A stretch of DNA of 62,232 nucleotides, filler included, from Chiloscyllium plagiosum (GCF_004010195.1; 5 parts of one record of this genome joined end to end with filler, not necessarily neighbours in it); one strand, 5' to 3'. Shown: positions 1 through 11,800, counted from the whole stretch's first letter. Program-made: numbers and translations. Notes: generated by a model from the letters alone, not told the origin.

Positions 1-316
1 TCTCCCTTTCTCTCAGGGATCTGGGGTGGAGGGTGCTGTATGCAGTGGTTCTCTGCAACCGCAGATTACAGTGGCTCACGGACCCCCAGCCCAACTGCTT
101 GTTCTGTGGTGCTGTGGAGTCTGTGGACCATGTATATACGGGGTATATGCAGCATTGCCCATTGATCATGCAGCATTGTCCTTTGATGTGAAGGGCACTG
201 CTTGTTACTGGCCACTCGGATATTCCCTTTCTTCACGGTGGTGGAAATTCAATAAAGATTTGTACACCCATTGTCTTATCTGTGTCTCAGAGCCTCACAC
301 ATACACGTTAAAAGAA
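1..316 (+). mobile_element. Tx1/L1-clade non-LTR retrotransposon 3' fragment, copy A (internally deleted, runs off window edge)
   Basis: Same ORF2 C-terminal zinc-knuckle coding sequence as copy B (gggatctggggtggagggtgctg...cccagcccaactgcttgttctgtggtgctgtggagtc...gaccatgtata). Shares the 3'UTR with AATAAA and has an A-rich end abutting aagaacaggagtgtcaga. Confidence 0.75.
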
Positions 317-525
317 AAGAACAGGAGTGTCAGACATCTTGTTCACTCTGGGAGCTGACTCTGAAGGAGCTGGATCAGTGTGAATGAAGGACTCTGCTCT
401 TTTTTCCTGTCATAAAGAGGAGAGGAGACTGATTCTGTTGGTGTCTTCCCATTGAGGAGGAGGTTATTTTGAAGTTTTTGTTTCTTCTTTATTGTTTATT
501 GTGATTGTTTGGTTTAAAGAAAAAC
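317..525 (+). mobile_element. Composite short insert: ~80 bp Gypsy LTR-derived head plus T-rich segment plus A tail
   Basis: 317-395 aligns with LTR sequence at 3615-3690 and 12130-12204. 396-525 matches 1442-1631 (gaggaggag.ttattttgaa.ttttg...ttattgtttatt...aaagaaaaa). Confidence 0.6.
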
Positions 526-538
526 AAGAACATGAGTG

Positions 539-1363
539 ACTACCATTGGGTGGTGGGGATTCCCAGTGGAGGGCTCCCTATGCAGGAGACCTCCCCTCTT
601 CTCTCAGGGATCTGGGGTGGAGGGTGCTGCACGCAGCTGTTCCCTGCAACCGCAGATTGCTGTGGTTCACGGACTCCCAGCCCAACTGCTTGTTGTGTGG
701 TGCTGTGGAGTCCATGGACCATGTATATACGGGGTATGGGCATTTGCACTCCCTTTTTAGTTTTCTAGAGAACCTTCTCCTCTGTTTTTGGTTGCACTTC
801 AGTCCCACTCCTGATGTTTGGGTACCCCATATGGAGGGGGGAGGGCAGGTTAGAGGACCTCTTGGTGGGTCTGCTCCTGGGCTTGGCCAGGCTGTCCATA
901 AACAGGTCCAGGCAGCGGGCCATGGAGGGGGTTGTTAGGGCCGATTGCCTGCCCAGCTTCTGTGGTTACATTCGAGGCCGGTTGTCAGTGGCGAAGGAGC
1001 ACGCGGTGTCCATCAACATCCTCGAGATATTCAGGGAAAGGTGGGCACTGCAGGAACTGGAGTGTATTATTTCCTCCTCCGACTCTATTTTGCTTTAATC
1101 CCTGCTCTCCCTTTCACTGTTTGATCACGCAGCATTGCCCTTTAATGAGAAGGGCACTGCTTGTCACAGGCCACTCAGGTGTTTCCTTTCGTCCTGGTGG
1201 AGGAATATAAATAAAGACTTACACACTTGTTGTTTTTCACTGTGACCGACACCTGCACACACATGACATAGGTACTGGGGAAAATATAAACACCACAGCT
1301 GTCAGGTTTGTAGTGTTGGGAAAGGGAAAAAAAAGAGAAAAAGAGAAAAAGGGAAAAAAAAGA
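539..1363 (+). mobile_element. Tx1/L1-clade 3' fragment, copy B (ORF2 C-terminus, 3'UTR, A-rich tail)
   Basis: ORF 546-938 reads QWRAPYAG..LRDLGWRVLHAAVPCN..NCLLCGAVESMDHVY, a CCHC-type zf-RVT motif typical of L1/Tx1 ORF2. ORF 814-1098 reads LLLGLARLSINRSR..F.ERW. AATAAA at ~1210 and an A-rich tail at 1321-1363. Confidence 0.8.
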
Positions 1364-1631
1364 GAAACAGGAGCCTCAGTGGTTCTGTTCACTCTGAGAG
1401 CTGTCTCTGACGGAGCTAATTCAGTGAAAATGAAAGACTCTACAGTTTTCTGTATAGAAGAGAGGAGAGGAACATCTGAACAGCCTGGAACCACCCAGTC
1501 AGTGCATCTTATCTACTGCTGTCGGTGTATTCCAACTGAGGAGGAGTTTATTTTGAATTTTTGCTTTTCTTTATTGTTTATTTTTTGTTTTCTCCTTTTC
1601 TTTCTATTTATAAAGAAAAAGAAAAGAAAAA
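1364..1631 (+). mobile_element. Second copy of the composite LTR-head short insert
   Basis: 1364-1441 is LTR-derived (gaaacaggagcctcag..ttctgttcactctgagagctgtctctgacggagct..aagactct). It is followed by the T-rich segment and A tail homologous to 396-525. Confidence 0.6.
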
Positions 1632-1644
1632 AAGAACAAGACTG

Positions 1645-2307
1645 ACGGCCATTGGACAGTGGGATCCCCAATAGAGAGCTGTCTACATAGGAGTCCTCCC
1701 CCTTTCTCTCGGGGATCTGAAGTGGAGGGTGTTGCATGCAGCAGTCTGATTGTGGTGGTTCACAGACTCCCAGCCCAACTGCTTGTTCTATGGTGTTGTG
1801 GAGTCCGTGGGCCAAGTATATATCGGGTTTGGGCATCGGCATCCCTTTATTGATTTTCTTAAAAACCTTCTTCTCTATTTTTGGTTGCACTTTAGTTTCA
1901 CACTCCTGATCTTTGGGTACCTGGTATGAAGAAGGGAGGGTAGGTCAGAGGATCTCCTCATGGGTCTGCTCCTGGGCCTGGCCAAACTGGCCATAAATAG
2001 GTCCAGGCAGCGGACCGTGGAGGGGGTCGTTATGGCTGATTGCCTGCCCCTCTTCCATGGTTATGTTAGAGCCCAGTTGTCCTTGGAGAAGGGCACTGCT
2101 TGTCACTGGCCACTCTGGTGTTTCCTTTCATCCTGATGGTGGAATATAAATAAAGATTTATACACTTGTTGTTCCTCACTGTGTGCGACTCCTGCACACA
2201 CACAACATGGGTGCTGGGGAAGCATAAGCATGATCTTTGTTAGGTCATAGTGCGGGGGAAAATATAGTAAAAAAAGAGGAAAAAGGATTAAGAAAACAAA
2301 GAAAAGA
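1645..2307 (+). mobile_element. Tx1/L1-clade 3' fragment, copy C (internal deletion near 2090)
   Basis: Colinear with copy B. Jumps from ttggagaagg directly to gcactgcttg in the 3'UTR. Ends in an A-rich tail. Confidence 0.75.
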
Positions 2308-2320
2308 AAGAACAAGAGTG

Positions 2321-3073
2321 ACTGCCATTTGTCATTGGTGATTCCCAACGGGGGGCTCTCTATGTGGGAGTCCTCCTTCTTTCTCTCGCAAATCTGGCGT
2401 GGAGATTGTGGTGGTACACGGACTCCCAGCCTAACTATTTGTTTTGCAGTGCTGTGGAGTCCGTGGACCATATACACATTGGATGCGGAAGTTAGGACTC
2501 CCTTGTTAGTTACCTGAAGAACCACCTTTTGTGTTTTTGTTTGCACTCCAACTCTATGCTCCTGATCTCTACAGGGGAGTTGGCAGATCAGAGGATCTCC
2601 TTGTGGGATCTCCTGGGCCTGCCCGGGCTGGCCATTGACAAGTCCAGCCAATGGGCCGTGGAGGGGGTCATTATGGCCAATTGCCTGACCCTCTTCTGTA
2701 GCTATATTTGACCCTGTGTGTCCTCGGAGAAGGAGCACGCTGAGTCCACCAACACTCTCGATGTTTTTCGGGAGAGGTGGGCACCGCAAGGTGTGGAGTG
2801 CTTTATTTCCCCCTCCAACTCCACTTTGATTTGATCCCCAGCCTTCCCATCAAATTTTTCATGTTAGCTTTGCTCGATTTGAGCTTTGTTTGCTGCTGGG
2901 CCTCTGGCCACATGGTTGTTTTTCCTGGTGATGGAAATATTGAATAAAATTATCTTGCAATTGGTGTTTTTATTAACTCTTGTACTAACACACACACCAC
3001 ATGGGTGTTGGAGGGAAAATAAGCAATACTGCTTTTTGGCAGTAGTGGAGGGGGAAAAAATGAACAAAACTGA
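2321..3073 (+). mobile_element. Tx1/L1-clade 3' fragment, copy D (second 3'UTR subfamily)
   Basis: Coding part is colinear with copy B. The 3'UTR variant gagctttg..ctggccacatg..tgaataaaattat is shared with copy E. Confidence 0.72.
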
Positions 3074-3089
3074 AAGAGCAGGAGTGTCA

Positions 3090-3614
3090 TCCGGTGTGGA
3101 GTGGGGAGGGTAGTTTGGAGGATCTCCTTCTGGATCGGCTCCTGCTCCTGGCCAGACAGGCTATTAACAGAGCCAGGTAGCAGGCTGTGGAAGGGATCGT
3201 TTTTGCCGACTGCCTGCCCCTCTTCCACAGTTATGTTTGAGCCTGTGTATCCTTGGAGAGAGAACACATGGTGTCCACCAACAATCTTAATGCCTTTACT
3301 GTTGGGTTGGCACGATGGCGGTTCGATTGCTTCATTTCCCTCGCCAAATCTGTTCTGATTTGATCCCTATCTTCCCCTTCACTTTCTCTTTCACATAAGC
3401 ATTGCTCCTACTGAGCTTTGCTTGTTACTGGTTCCCTGGCCACATGAGTGTTTCCCTTGGTGGTGAAAATGTTGAATAAAATTATTTTGCATTTGGCGTT
3501 TTTACTGACTCCTGCACTTGCGCACACAGACACAAAGTGGGTGCTGTGAGGATAAAAAATAAGCTGTATGGCAGTAGTGTAGGGATATAAAAACAAAATA
3601 AAAAATATAAAAAA
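3090..3614 (+). mobile_element. Tx1/L1-clade 3' fragment, copy E (shorter, second 3'UTR subfamily)
   Basis: Begins after target aagagcaggagtgtca (3074-3089), is homologous to 830-1100, and ends in an A-rich tail at 3585-3614. Confidence 0.72.
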
Positions 3615-3747
3615 AAGAACAGGAGAGTCAGACATTCTGTTTACTTTGAGAGTTGGTTTTGAGGGAGCTGAATTAGAGTCAGGGACTCTCCATGTGTAAA
3701 TAAAGGGTGACTTGGTGAAGGGATTACAGCCTCTGTGCAATATTTCA
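3615..3747 (+). mobile_element. 3' half of the 5' LTR of Gypsy element 1 (LTR type A)
   Basis: Matches 12130-12260 (gtgtaaataaagggtgacttggtga..gcctctg..tatttca). Ends in CA and is followed by a PBS-like gtgacaatgag and gag. Confidence 0.8.
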
Positions 3748-5225
3748 GTGACAATGAGAGAAAAATGCAATCTTGAAGAAATGCGCTTGTAACAGTCGTC
3801 TTTAAATTGGGGTAAACATTTCTGGCATTGTGCCATTAATTGGGAAGCTTGACTTGTTCAATCCCATTGTCAAAGACTGGGCCTAGTTTGTGGAAAGAAT
3901 GAATTATTTTTCCAGGCAAATGGTGTTGGTACAGTTGAAAAGCAATGAGCACTTGTGGACCCACATCTTCTTCAGTTCTTAAGAGCCTAACATTCCCTGA
4001 GACACCAGATACTAAAGCCTTTCAAAAATTGATAGGTTTAGTTAGGGAATATTATAAATTCAACTATCCTCTAATTCTGAGATGCTATTGGTTTCACTTA
4101 GCAATTTGAGGACCATAGGAATCCATATCAGATTTTTTGACTAGGTCACTAGCAGAGGCATGTGATTTTGGTTTAACCCTTAATGAGATTAATGATGCAA
4201 CCATGTAAAGTGTTGAATACCTGAAGCCTGACTCTATGTCAAACCAGCACAACAACTGGCTTTATCATAGGAAAATGTGGTAGGTGGGGCATGTGAATTG
4301 CAGGGAATTCTAATGGAAGTGGGCACCCTTGCCAGTCTGAATGAGCTTGGGGAATATCACTTGAGTGCATGCCCTCACTCACGACATATCCTGAACAAAG
4401 GAACTCTGGGGCAGCAAAATCCCAAAACAAAGCCAAACCTTAGCCAAATGGTTAAAAGTTTCTTCAGGATCTGGGTTGGCAAGCTAGGAGTTGCTGCCAG
4501 CGTATGAACTCGTGACAGTGAAAGAGTCCCACTAGACCTAACTGGAGTAAGAGATGTCAGAGGCTAGTATCCAGGAGATGGTACACCCAGAAATCTTCAC
4601 CTACATCTGGTTTGCAACTGATAAATTGTTTAGCAACATTTACATCAGAACCAATCAATACAAACATCTGTTTAAATGGTCACCCAGTTCTGATGGAGAT
4701 TGATACTGGTGTGGCCATTTCAGAGATCATGGAATGAATCTTCAACAGAATCGACTCTGGACTCCAACCTTAAGTTTGCACAAATGACCTTGGACAATTC
4801 TCCCAGGTAGGTGCACTTTAGGAGGGATTAGTGTGTTTTCCAGGCACTTCATTAACTCGACAAGCTCGAGTTACACCTATTGGAAGATTAAGTGAGGGTG
4901 ACCATGGGTGCCCTGGCTCCCACATCTTCACTGGAGCTTAGGTCTTTCCTTGAGCTGGTGAATTATAACAGAAAGTTCATACATAACCTAGTCTCCATCC
5001 TGGCACCTTAACATCAACTTGGAAAAAAAGGATCAACGATGCAAATGTTTGCACAGCCAAGCCACAGCTATCAGGGAAGTGAAGAAAGAGTTATCAGCAA
5101 CTAAGGTGTTGTCACAGCATGATCCCAAACAAGATCTGACATTAGCATGAGATGCCTCCCTGTAAGGCATTGGAGTAGTATTAGCTCATTGGTGGCCCAG
5201 TGGAGAGGAACATCCAATAGCATAT
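3748..5225 (+). mobile_element. Gypsy element 1 internal region, degraded: gag, protease, RT C-terminal part, start of RNase H
   Basis: Gag start PLIGKLDLFNP..DW (~3830). Protease VLMEIDTGVAIS (~4690). ELRSFLELVNY (~4935). RNase H DAS..GIGVVLAH (~5150). Many stops and frameshifts. Confidence 0.8.
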
Positions 5226-8200
5226 AGAGTCGTAGAGTCAGAGAGATGTACAGCACGGAAACAGACCCTTCGGTCCAACCCGTCCATGCGACCAGATATC
5301 CCAACCCAATCCATTCCTACCTGCCAGCACCCGCCCATATCCCTCCAAACCTTTCCTATTCATAGACCCATCCAAATGCCTTTTAAATATTGCAATTGTA
5401 CTAGCCTCCACCACTTCATCTAGCAGCTCATTCCATACACGTACCACCCTCTACATTAAAAAAATTGCCTCTTAAGTCTCTTTTATATCTCACCTTTCAC
5501 CTGAAACCTATGCCCTCCAGTTCTGGACTCCCCCACACCAGGGAAAAAACTTTGTCTATTTATCCTATACATGCCCCTCATGATTTTATAAACCTCTATA
5601 AGGTCACCCCTCAGCCTCTGATGCTCCAGGGAAAACAGCCCTAGCCTATTCAACCTCTCCCTATAGTTCAAATCCTCCAGCCCTGGCAACATACTTGTAA
5701 ATCTTTTCTGAACCCTTCCAAGTTTCACAACATTTTTCCGATAGGAAGGAGACCAGAATTGCACGCAATATTCCAACAGTGGCCTAACCAATGTCCTGTA
5801 CAGCCTCAATATGACCTCCCAATTCCTGTACTCAATACTCTGACCAATAAAGGAAAGCATACCAAATGCCTTCTTCACTATGCTATCCACCTGAAACTCC
5901 ACTTTCAAGGAGCTATGAACCTGCATTCCAACCTCTTTTTGTTCAGCAACACTCCCTAGGACCTTACCATTAAGTGTATAAGTCCTGCTAAGATTTGCTT
6001 TCCCAAAATGCAGCACCTCGCATTTGTCTGAATTAACCTCCATCTGCCACCTCTCAGCCCATTGGCTGATCTGATCAAGATCCCGTTGTAATGTGAGGTA
6101 ACCTTCTTCGCTGTCCAGTACACCTCCAATTTGCCAGTCATCTGCAAACTATACCTCTTATGCTCACATCCAAATCATTTATATAAATGATGAAAAGGAG
6201 TGGACCCAACACTGATCTTTGTGGCACTCCACTGGTTACGGGACTCCAGTCTGGAAAACAACCCTCCACCACCACCCTCTGTCTTCTACCTTTCAGCCAG
6301 TTCAGTATCCAAATGTCTAGTTCTCCCTGTATTCTGTGAGATCTAACCTTGCTTGTCGAACGCCTTACTGAAGTCTATATAGATCACATCTACCACTCAG
6401 CTCTCATCAATTCTCTTTGTTATTTCTTCAAAAAATTCAATCAAGTTTGAGAGACATGATTTCCCACGCACAGAGCCATGTTGACTATTCCTAATCAGTC
6501 CTTGCCTTTCCAAATACATGTACATGCGGTCCCACAGGGGTCCCTCCAACAACTTGCCCACACCAATGTCAGGCTCACTGGTCTATAGTTCCCTGGCTTG
6601 TCCTTTATCACCTTTCTTAAACAGTGACACCACGCTAGCCATCCTCCAGTCTTCCGACACCTCACCTGTGACTATTGATGATACAAATATTAACCTTCCC
6701 TAGCTTCCCACAGAGTTCTAGGGTACACCTGATCAGGTCCTGGAAATTTATCCACCTTTATGCGTTTCAAGACATCCAGCACTTCCTCCTCTGTAATATC
6801 GACATTTGTCAAGATGTTATCATCTATTTCTCTACCGTCTATATCTTTCATGTTCTTTTCCACAGTAAGTACTGATGCAAAATACTCGTTAGGTATCTCC
6901 CTCATTTTCTGCGGCTCCACATAAAGGTCACCTTGATGATCCCTAGTTACCCTTTTGTCCTTAATGTATTTGTAAAAACCCTTTGAATTTTCCTTAATTC
7001 TATTTGACAAAGCTATCTCATGTCCCCCTTTTGCCCTCTTGATTTCCCTCTTAAGTATACTCTTACTGCCTTTATATCTAAGAATTCACTCGATCTATCC
7101 TGCCATATCCTGACATATGCTTCCTACTTTTTCTTAACCAAACTCTCAATTTCTTTAGTCATGCAGCATTCCCTATAACTACCAGCCTTTCCTTTCACCC
7201 TAACAGGAATATACTTTCTCTGGACTCTCGTTATCTCATTTCTGAAGGCTTCCCATTTTCCAGCCGTCCCTTTACCTGCGAACATTTGCCCCCAATCAGC
7301 TTTCAAAAGTTCTTGCCTAATACCATCAAAATTGGCCTTCCTCCAATTTAGAACTTTTTCTTTCCTTTTCTATCACTATTTTAAAACTGATACAGTTATG
7401 GTTGCTGGCCCCAAAGTGACACCCATTGACACCTCAGTCACCTACCCTGCCTTATTTCTTGAGTAGGTCAAGATTCTCTAGTAGCTACATCCACATACTG
7501 ACTCAGAAAATGTTCTTGTACGCACTTAACAACTCTTCTCCATCTAAACCCTTAACACTATGGCAGTACCAGTCTATGTTGGGAAAGTTAAAATCCTCTA
7601 CCATAACCACCCTATTATTCTTACAGATAACTGAGATCTCCTTACAAATTTGTTTCTCAATTTCCGCCTGACTATTAGGTTGTCTATAATATAATCCCAA
7701 TAAGGTGATTATCCCGTACATATTTCTCAGTTCCACTCAAATAACTTCCCTGAATGTACTTCTGGGAATATCCTCTACAGTACAGCTGTAATGCTATCCC
7801 TTATCAAAAAAGCCACTCCCTCTCCTTTCTTGCCTCCCTTTCTATCCTTCCTGTGGCATTTGTATCCTGCAACATTAAGCTGTCAGTCCTGCCCATCCCT
7901 GAGCCATGTTTCTGTAATTGCTACCATATCCCAGTCCCATGTCCCTAACCATGCCCTGAGTTCATCTACCTTCCCTGTTAGGCTCCTTGCATTGAAATAA
8001 ATGCAGTTTAATTTATCAGTCCTACCTTGTTCTCTGCTTTGTCACTGCCTGCCCTGACTCTTTGACTCACTTCTTTTCTCAACTGTACTAGTCTCAGATT
8101 CATCACTTGCCTCACTATTCCCCTGGTTCTCACCATCCCCAGCACCACCACCACCACCACCAACCCTACCTTGCTAGTTTAAATCCTCCCAAGAGCTCTA

Positions 8201-8575
8201 GCAAATTTCCCTGCCAGTATATTTGTCCCCTTCCAATTTAGGTTCAATCCGTCCTTCTTTTACAGATCACTTCTACCCCAAAAGAGATTCCAGTGATTCA
8301 AAAATGTGAATCCTTCTCCCATACACCAGCTCCTCAGCCATGGATTCATCTGCTCTATCCTCCTATGCCTGCCCTCACTAGCTCTTAGCACCAGGAGTAA
8401 TCCATATATTACTACTTGTGTGGATCTTCTTTTTAAATTCCTGCTTAACTCACTGTAATCTCCCTTCAGAATCTCAACATTTTCCCTTCCTATGTTGTTC
8501 ATTCCATTGTGGACAATGACCCCTCATTGCCCCTCATCACCCTTGAGAACATTCTGTATTCTCTTAGAGACATTT
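5226..8575 (-). mobile_element. CR1-clade LINE (HER1-like), degraded: SGNH-esterase ORF1 C-terminus, APE endonuclease, RT, 3' tail
   Basis: ORF 5483-6043 (LYRTLVRPLLEYCVQFWSP..LRGDLIEVYK), 6690-7010 (PGPDQVYPRTL), 7503-7736 (DFNFPNIDW) and 8260-8502 (esterase, LRSWC..NHWNLFWGR). Tail of the (CTCTATGA)n type at ~5226. Confidence 0.92.
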
Positions 8576-8800
8576 TGTGCCATGATTAGATCCAGGGGAT
8601 CAAACTGACAATGGGGTTCTTGATTGAAGCTATTAACCTGGGCAATCAAAGACTCTTGGCTGATAGATATAAATAGAAGTCAGAGAATCTCCTGACTTCA
8701 GGGACTGATTCTGAGCTTGTTGATCACAGTCAGTGTACGGTGCACATGTAAATAAGGTGTGACTTGGTGACAGAATACCGGCCTCTGTGCAGGTATTACA
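8576..8800 (+). mobile_element. Gypsy LTR (type B), 5' LTR of element 2
   Basis: TG...CA ends, TATAAATAG at 8668 and aataa..gtgacttggtga. Followed by PBS-like gtggagatgg and gag. Similar to the solo LTR at 38507. Confidence 0.78.
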
Positions 8801-11800
8801 GTGGAGATGGAAGAAAACAGTACCTGTCTGAGGAACATTTGCTCGCCACAGTCAACTTTGAGTTGGGGTAAACATTTCTGGTGTGATGGCAGTATTTGGG
8901 AAGCTTGGCCCATTTGATCCTGCAGTCAAAGATTGGGCCCAATGTGTGAAGGAATGCAAAGCTTTTTCATTGGGACAAATAAAAAAACCCATGAGCAATC
9001 CTTCTGACTGCTTGCAGCATCTTCGCTTATTAGGGACATAACTTTGCCAGAGGCACAAGACACTAAAACCTTTCAAGAGTTAACAGACTTGGTTAAGGAA
9101 CATTATACCCTAAACTCCTCTAGTTCAGAGATGCTATTTGTTTTATTTGGTTGTTCAAGAACCAAAGGGAATCCATATTGGAATTTTTGACAAGGTTAAA
9201 ATGATTGACAGAGGAGTGTGATTTTGGGTTAACCCTGAATGAGATGCTGAGAGACCATTTGGTATGTGGCAGTAATGATGTAACCATGCAAAAGTGTCTG
9301 TTACCTGAAGCTCAACTGGACTTCAAACAAGCACTATAACTGTCTATGAAATTTAAAAATGTGGCAAGTGGAGCATGAGAGCTACAGGGCATCGCAATGG
9401 AAGTGGATACCCTCACCTGTCTGACTGAGTTTGGGAACACCGCCCTAGGCTGGCCCACAGCAAAACCACACAGCAAAGCCAAGCCTCAGCCAAATGGCAA
9501 AAATGTTCTTCAGGAACAGAGCCAGCAGGCTATTGCATTTGCTGCTGGTATGCGGAGTTGAGACAGCAAATGAGTTCTGCAAGACCCAACTTGTGTAAGA
9601 GAACTCATAGGCTGGTATCCAGGACAGCGCATAGCCTAGAAAATCAACCAACATGTTGGGTGGAACAGTTAAATTGCTTAGCCACATTCAAATCAGAACC
9701 AATTAATATTAATGTTTGGTTAAATCATCACCTGGTTCTCATGGAGGTTGATACTGGCACAGCTGTATCAGTGTTTGCAAAATCAGTCTTTTACAACATT
9801 TACTGTGGACTCCACCCCTAAAGTTTGCAGAAGGCCTCTCAAGACTGAAAATGTACACTGCGGAACTGTTACAGATTATTGGTATGACTTTGGTTCTTGT
9901 CTCAACCCATTGGATGATAGTCAAGGTGATCAAAGGTGCCTTTGCGCTTACATCTGTACCGGACCATAGGTCTTTCCTTGGAATTGTGAATTATTATTGG
10001 AATTTTACATGTCATCTGGCCTCCATCTTGGCACCCTTATACTTGCTGTTGAAAAAGGCTCCCTTGGAAATGGTTGTTTCGCCAAGAATTAGCCTTTAGT
10101 GAAGAGAAAAATCAGCTGTCATCCAAGATGTTGGACCACTACAATTTGAAGTGAGAGCTGGTGCTGACATGTGATGCCTCACTGTACAGTATCAGGGTAA
10201 TGTTGGCTCATTGGTGGTCCAATGGAGAGGAACGCCTGATAGTGTATGCTTCCCAGATTTTGGCTGATGCCAAACATAATTATGCCCAGAGAGAGAAAGA
10301 AAGTTTGATGGTCATCTTTCATGTTAGAAAGTTTCACCTATACTTAATAGACATGAATTTGGCATAGTAACAGACCAAAAACCCTTGTTCGGGCTATTTA
10401 AAGAGGACAAGACAATGCTGCCCATAGTTTCTGGTCAAATTCAGTGGTGGGCTTTTATTCTCAGTGCTTACAATTAGGACATTCCTCAACTTGGGAAAAA
10501 CCATTTGGGATGCCAAGTGGCTAATGTTGATGCCCACCGGTAGACACTCCACTGGTGGTGTCTCCCCTGGAACAGTTCATTGTGATTTTAAACTTTCTGG
10601 ACACCCTTCCTGTCACTGCTGACAATGTCAGACTATGGACACAAGAAGATCCTGCCCTGGCAAACTAAAACAGCTAGTGATAATGATGAAAATTGAAGGG
10701 CCATCACAACCAGGATTGAAACCGTTTTTGGGCCTTGTGAAATCAAATCATCATAGAGGACAGCATGTTCTTATGAGGAGCATGAGTGATTCTCCTGAGT
10801 AAATGTTGCTGCCAAATACTGGCTGATCTCCACAGGGGTTACCAAAATGAAGATGTTGGCAAGACATTATGTCTAGTGGCCAGGATTGGATGGTGACATA
10901 TCTTTATTTGTGGGGCAGTGCCCAGAGTGTCAACAAGGACAAAGATTGCCCCTTCCACCCCATTTCATGGGATTGGCTGGTTAAGCTGTGGATTCAGTTA
11001 CATATCAACTATGCAGGTCCTTTCACGGGCTCAATGTTGTTCACCATTGTGGACTTCCACGCAAAGTGACTGGATGTGCACAGAGAGTTCATTCATCAAA
11101 TACAGAGATGATGATAGAAAAACTGTGGGCATCTTTTTGCAATACATGGACTCCTGGAAGTGTTGGTCACAGATAACAGGCCATTGTTTACCAGCAGGGA
11201 ATTTGAGTATTTCCTAAAGTTGAATAAGATTTGACACATAAAGGACAGATCCATAGCATTCACCAGCTAGTGGTCTGCCAGAAAGTGTGGTTGAAACTTT
11301 GAAAGAACGCTTAAAGAAACAGCCTATACCTTCACTAGATACCAAACTGTTCTGGTTCCTAATTAATTATAGGACCACCTCTCATGCATCTACAAGATAA
11401 CACCAGCAAAATAGTTAATGTGGAGAACATTCCACATCAGGTTAAATCTGATCTTCCCAGACCTGGCTTCAGGGGAGGGTAAAACAGCATCAGACATGCC
11501 AATGCTGGACACAAGATTTAACTAAGTGCTAGAGACAGTTTAATTCAGGGGATGAAGTTTGGTGTGGGAACCAAAGGAATGACCTTGCATTGATAAAAGG
11601 CATGGTCTATGTGAGGTTAGATTCAGTGATGTATAAAGTTCAGCTAGGTGTGACAGTCCTTAACAAGCACATGGACCATATGAAAGCTGCAAACCTACCG
11701 GTGCTGCAGGAACAAAACATGCCCAGCTCCTCAATTGCTTTTCTGATTGTTCTGGATACTGTGGGTTCTCCATCTCCATCAAACATTGAAGATACCTTGA

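Noticed and set aside
2103..2789. 228-aa minus-strand ORF
   Set aside because: Antisense shadow across two Tx1 copies and an A tail.
317..3632. CRISPR-like repeat-spacer appearance of the recurring AAGAACAGGAGTG motif
   Set aside because: Eukaryotic context, and the spacers are homologous retroelement copies of 200-830 bp, so the repeats are better explained as target duplications.
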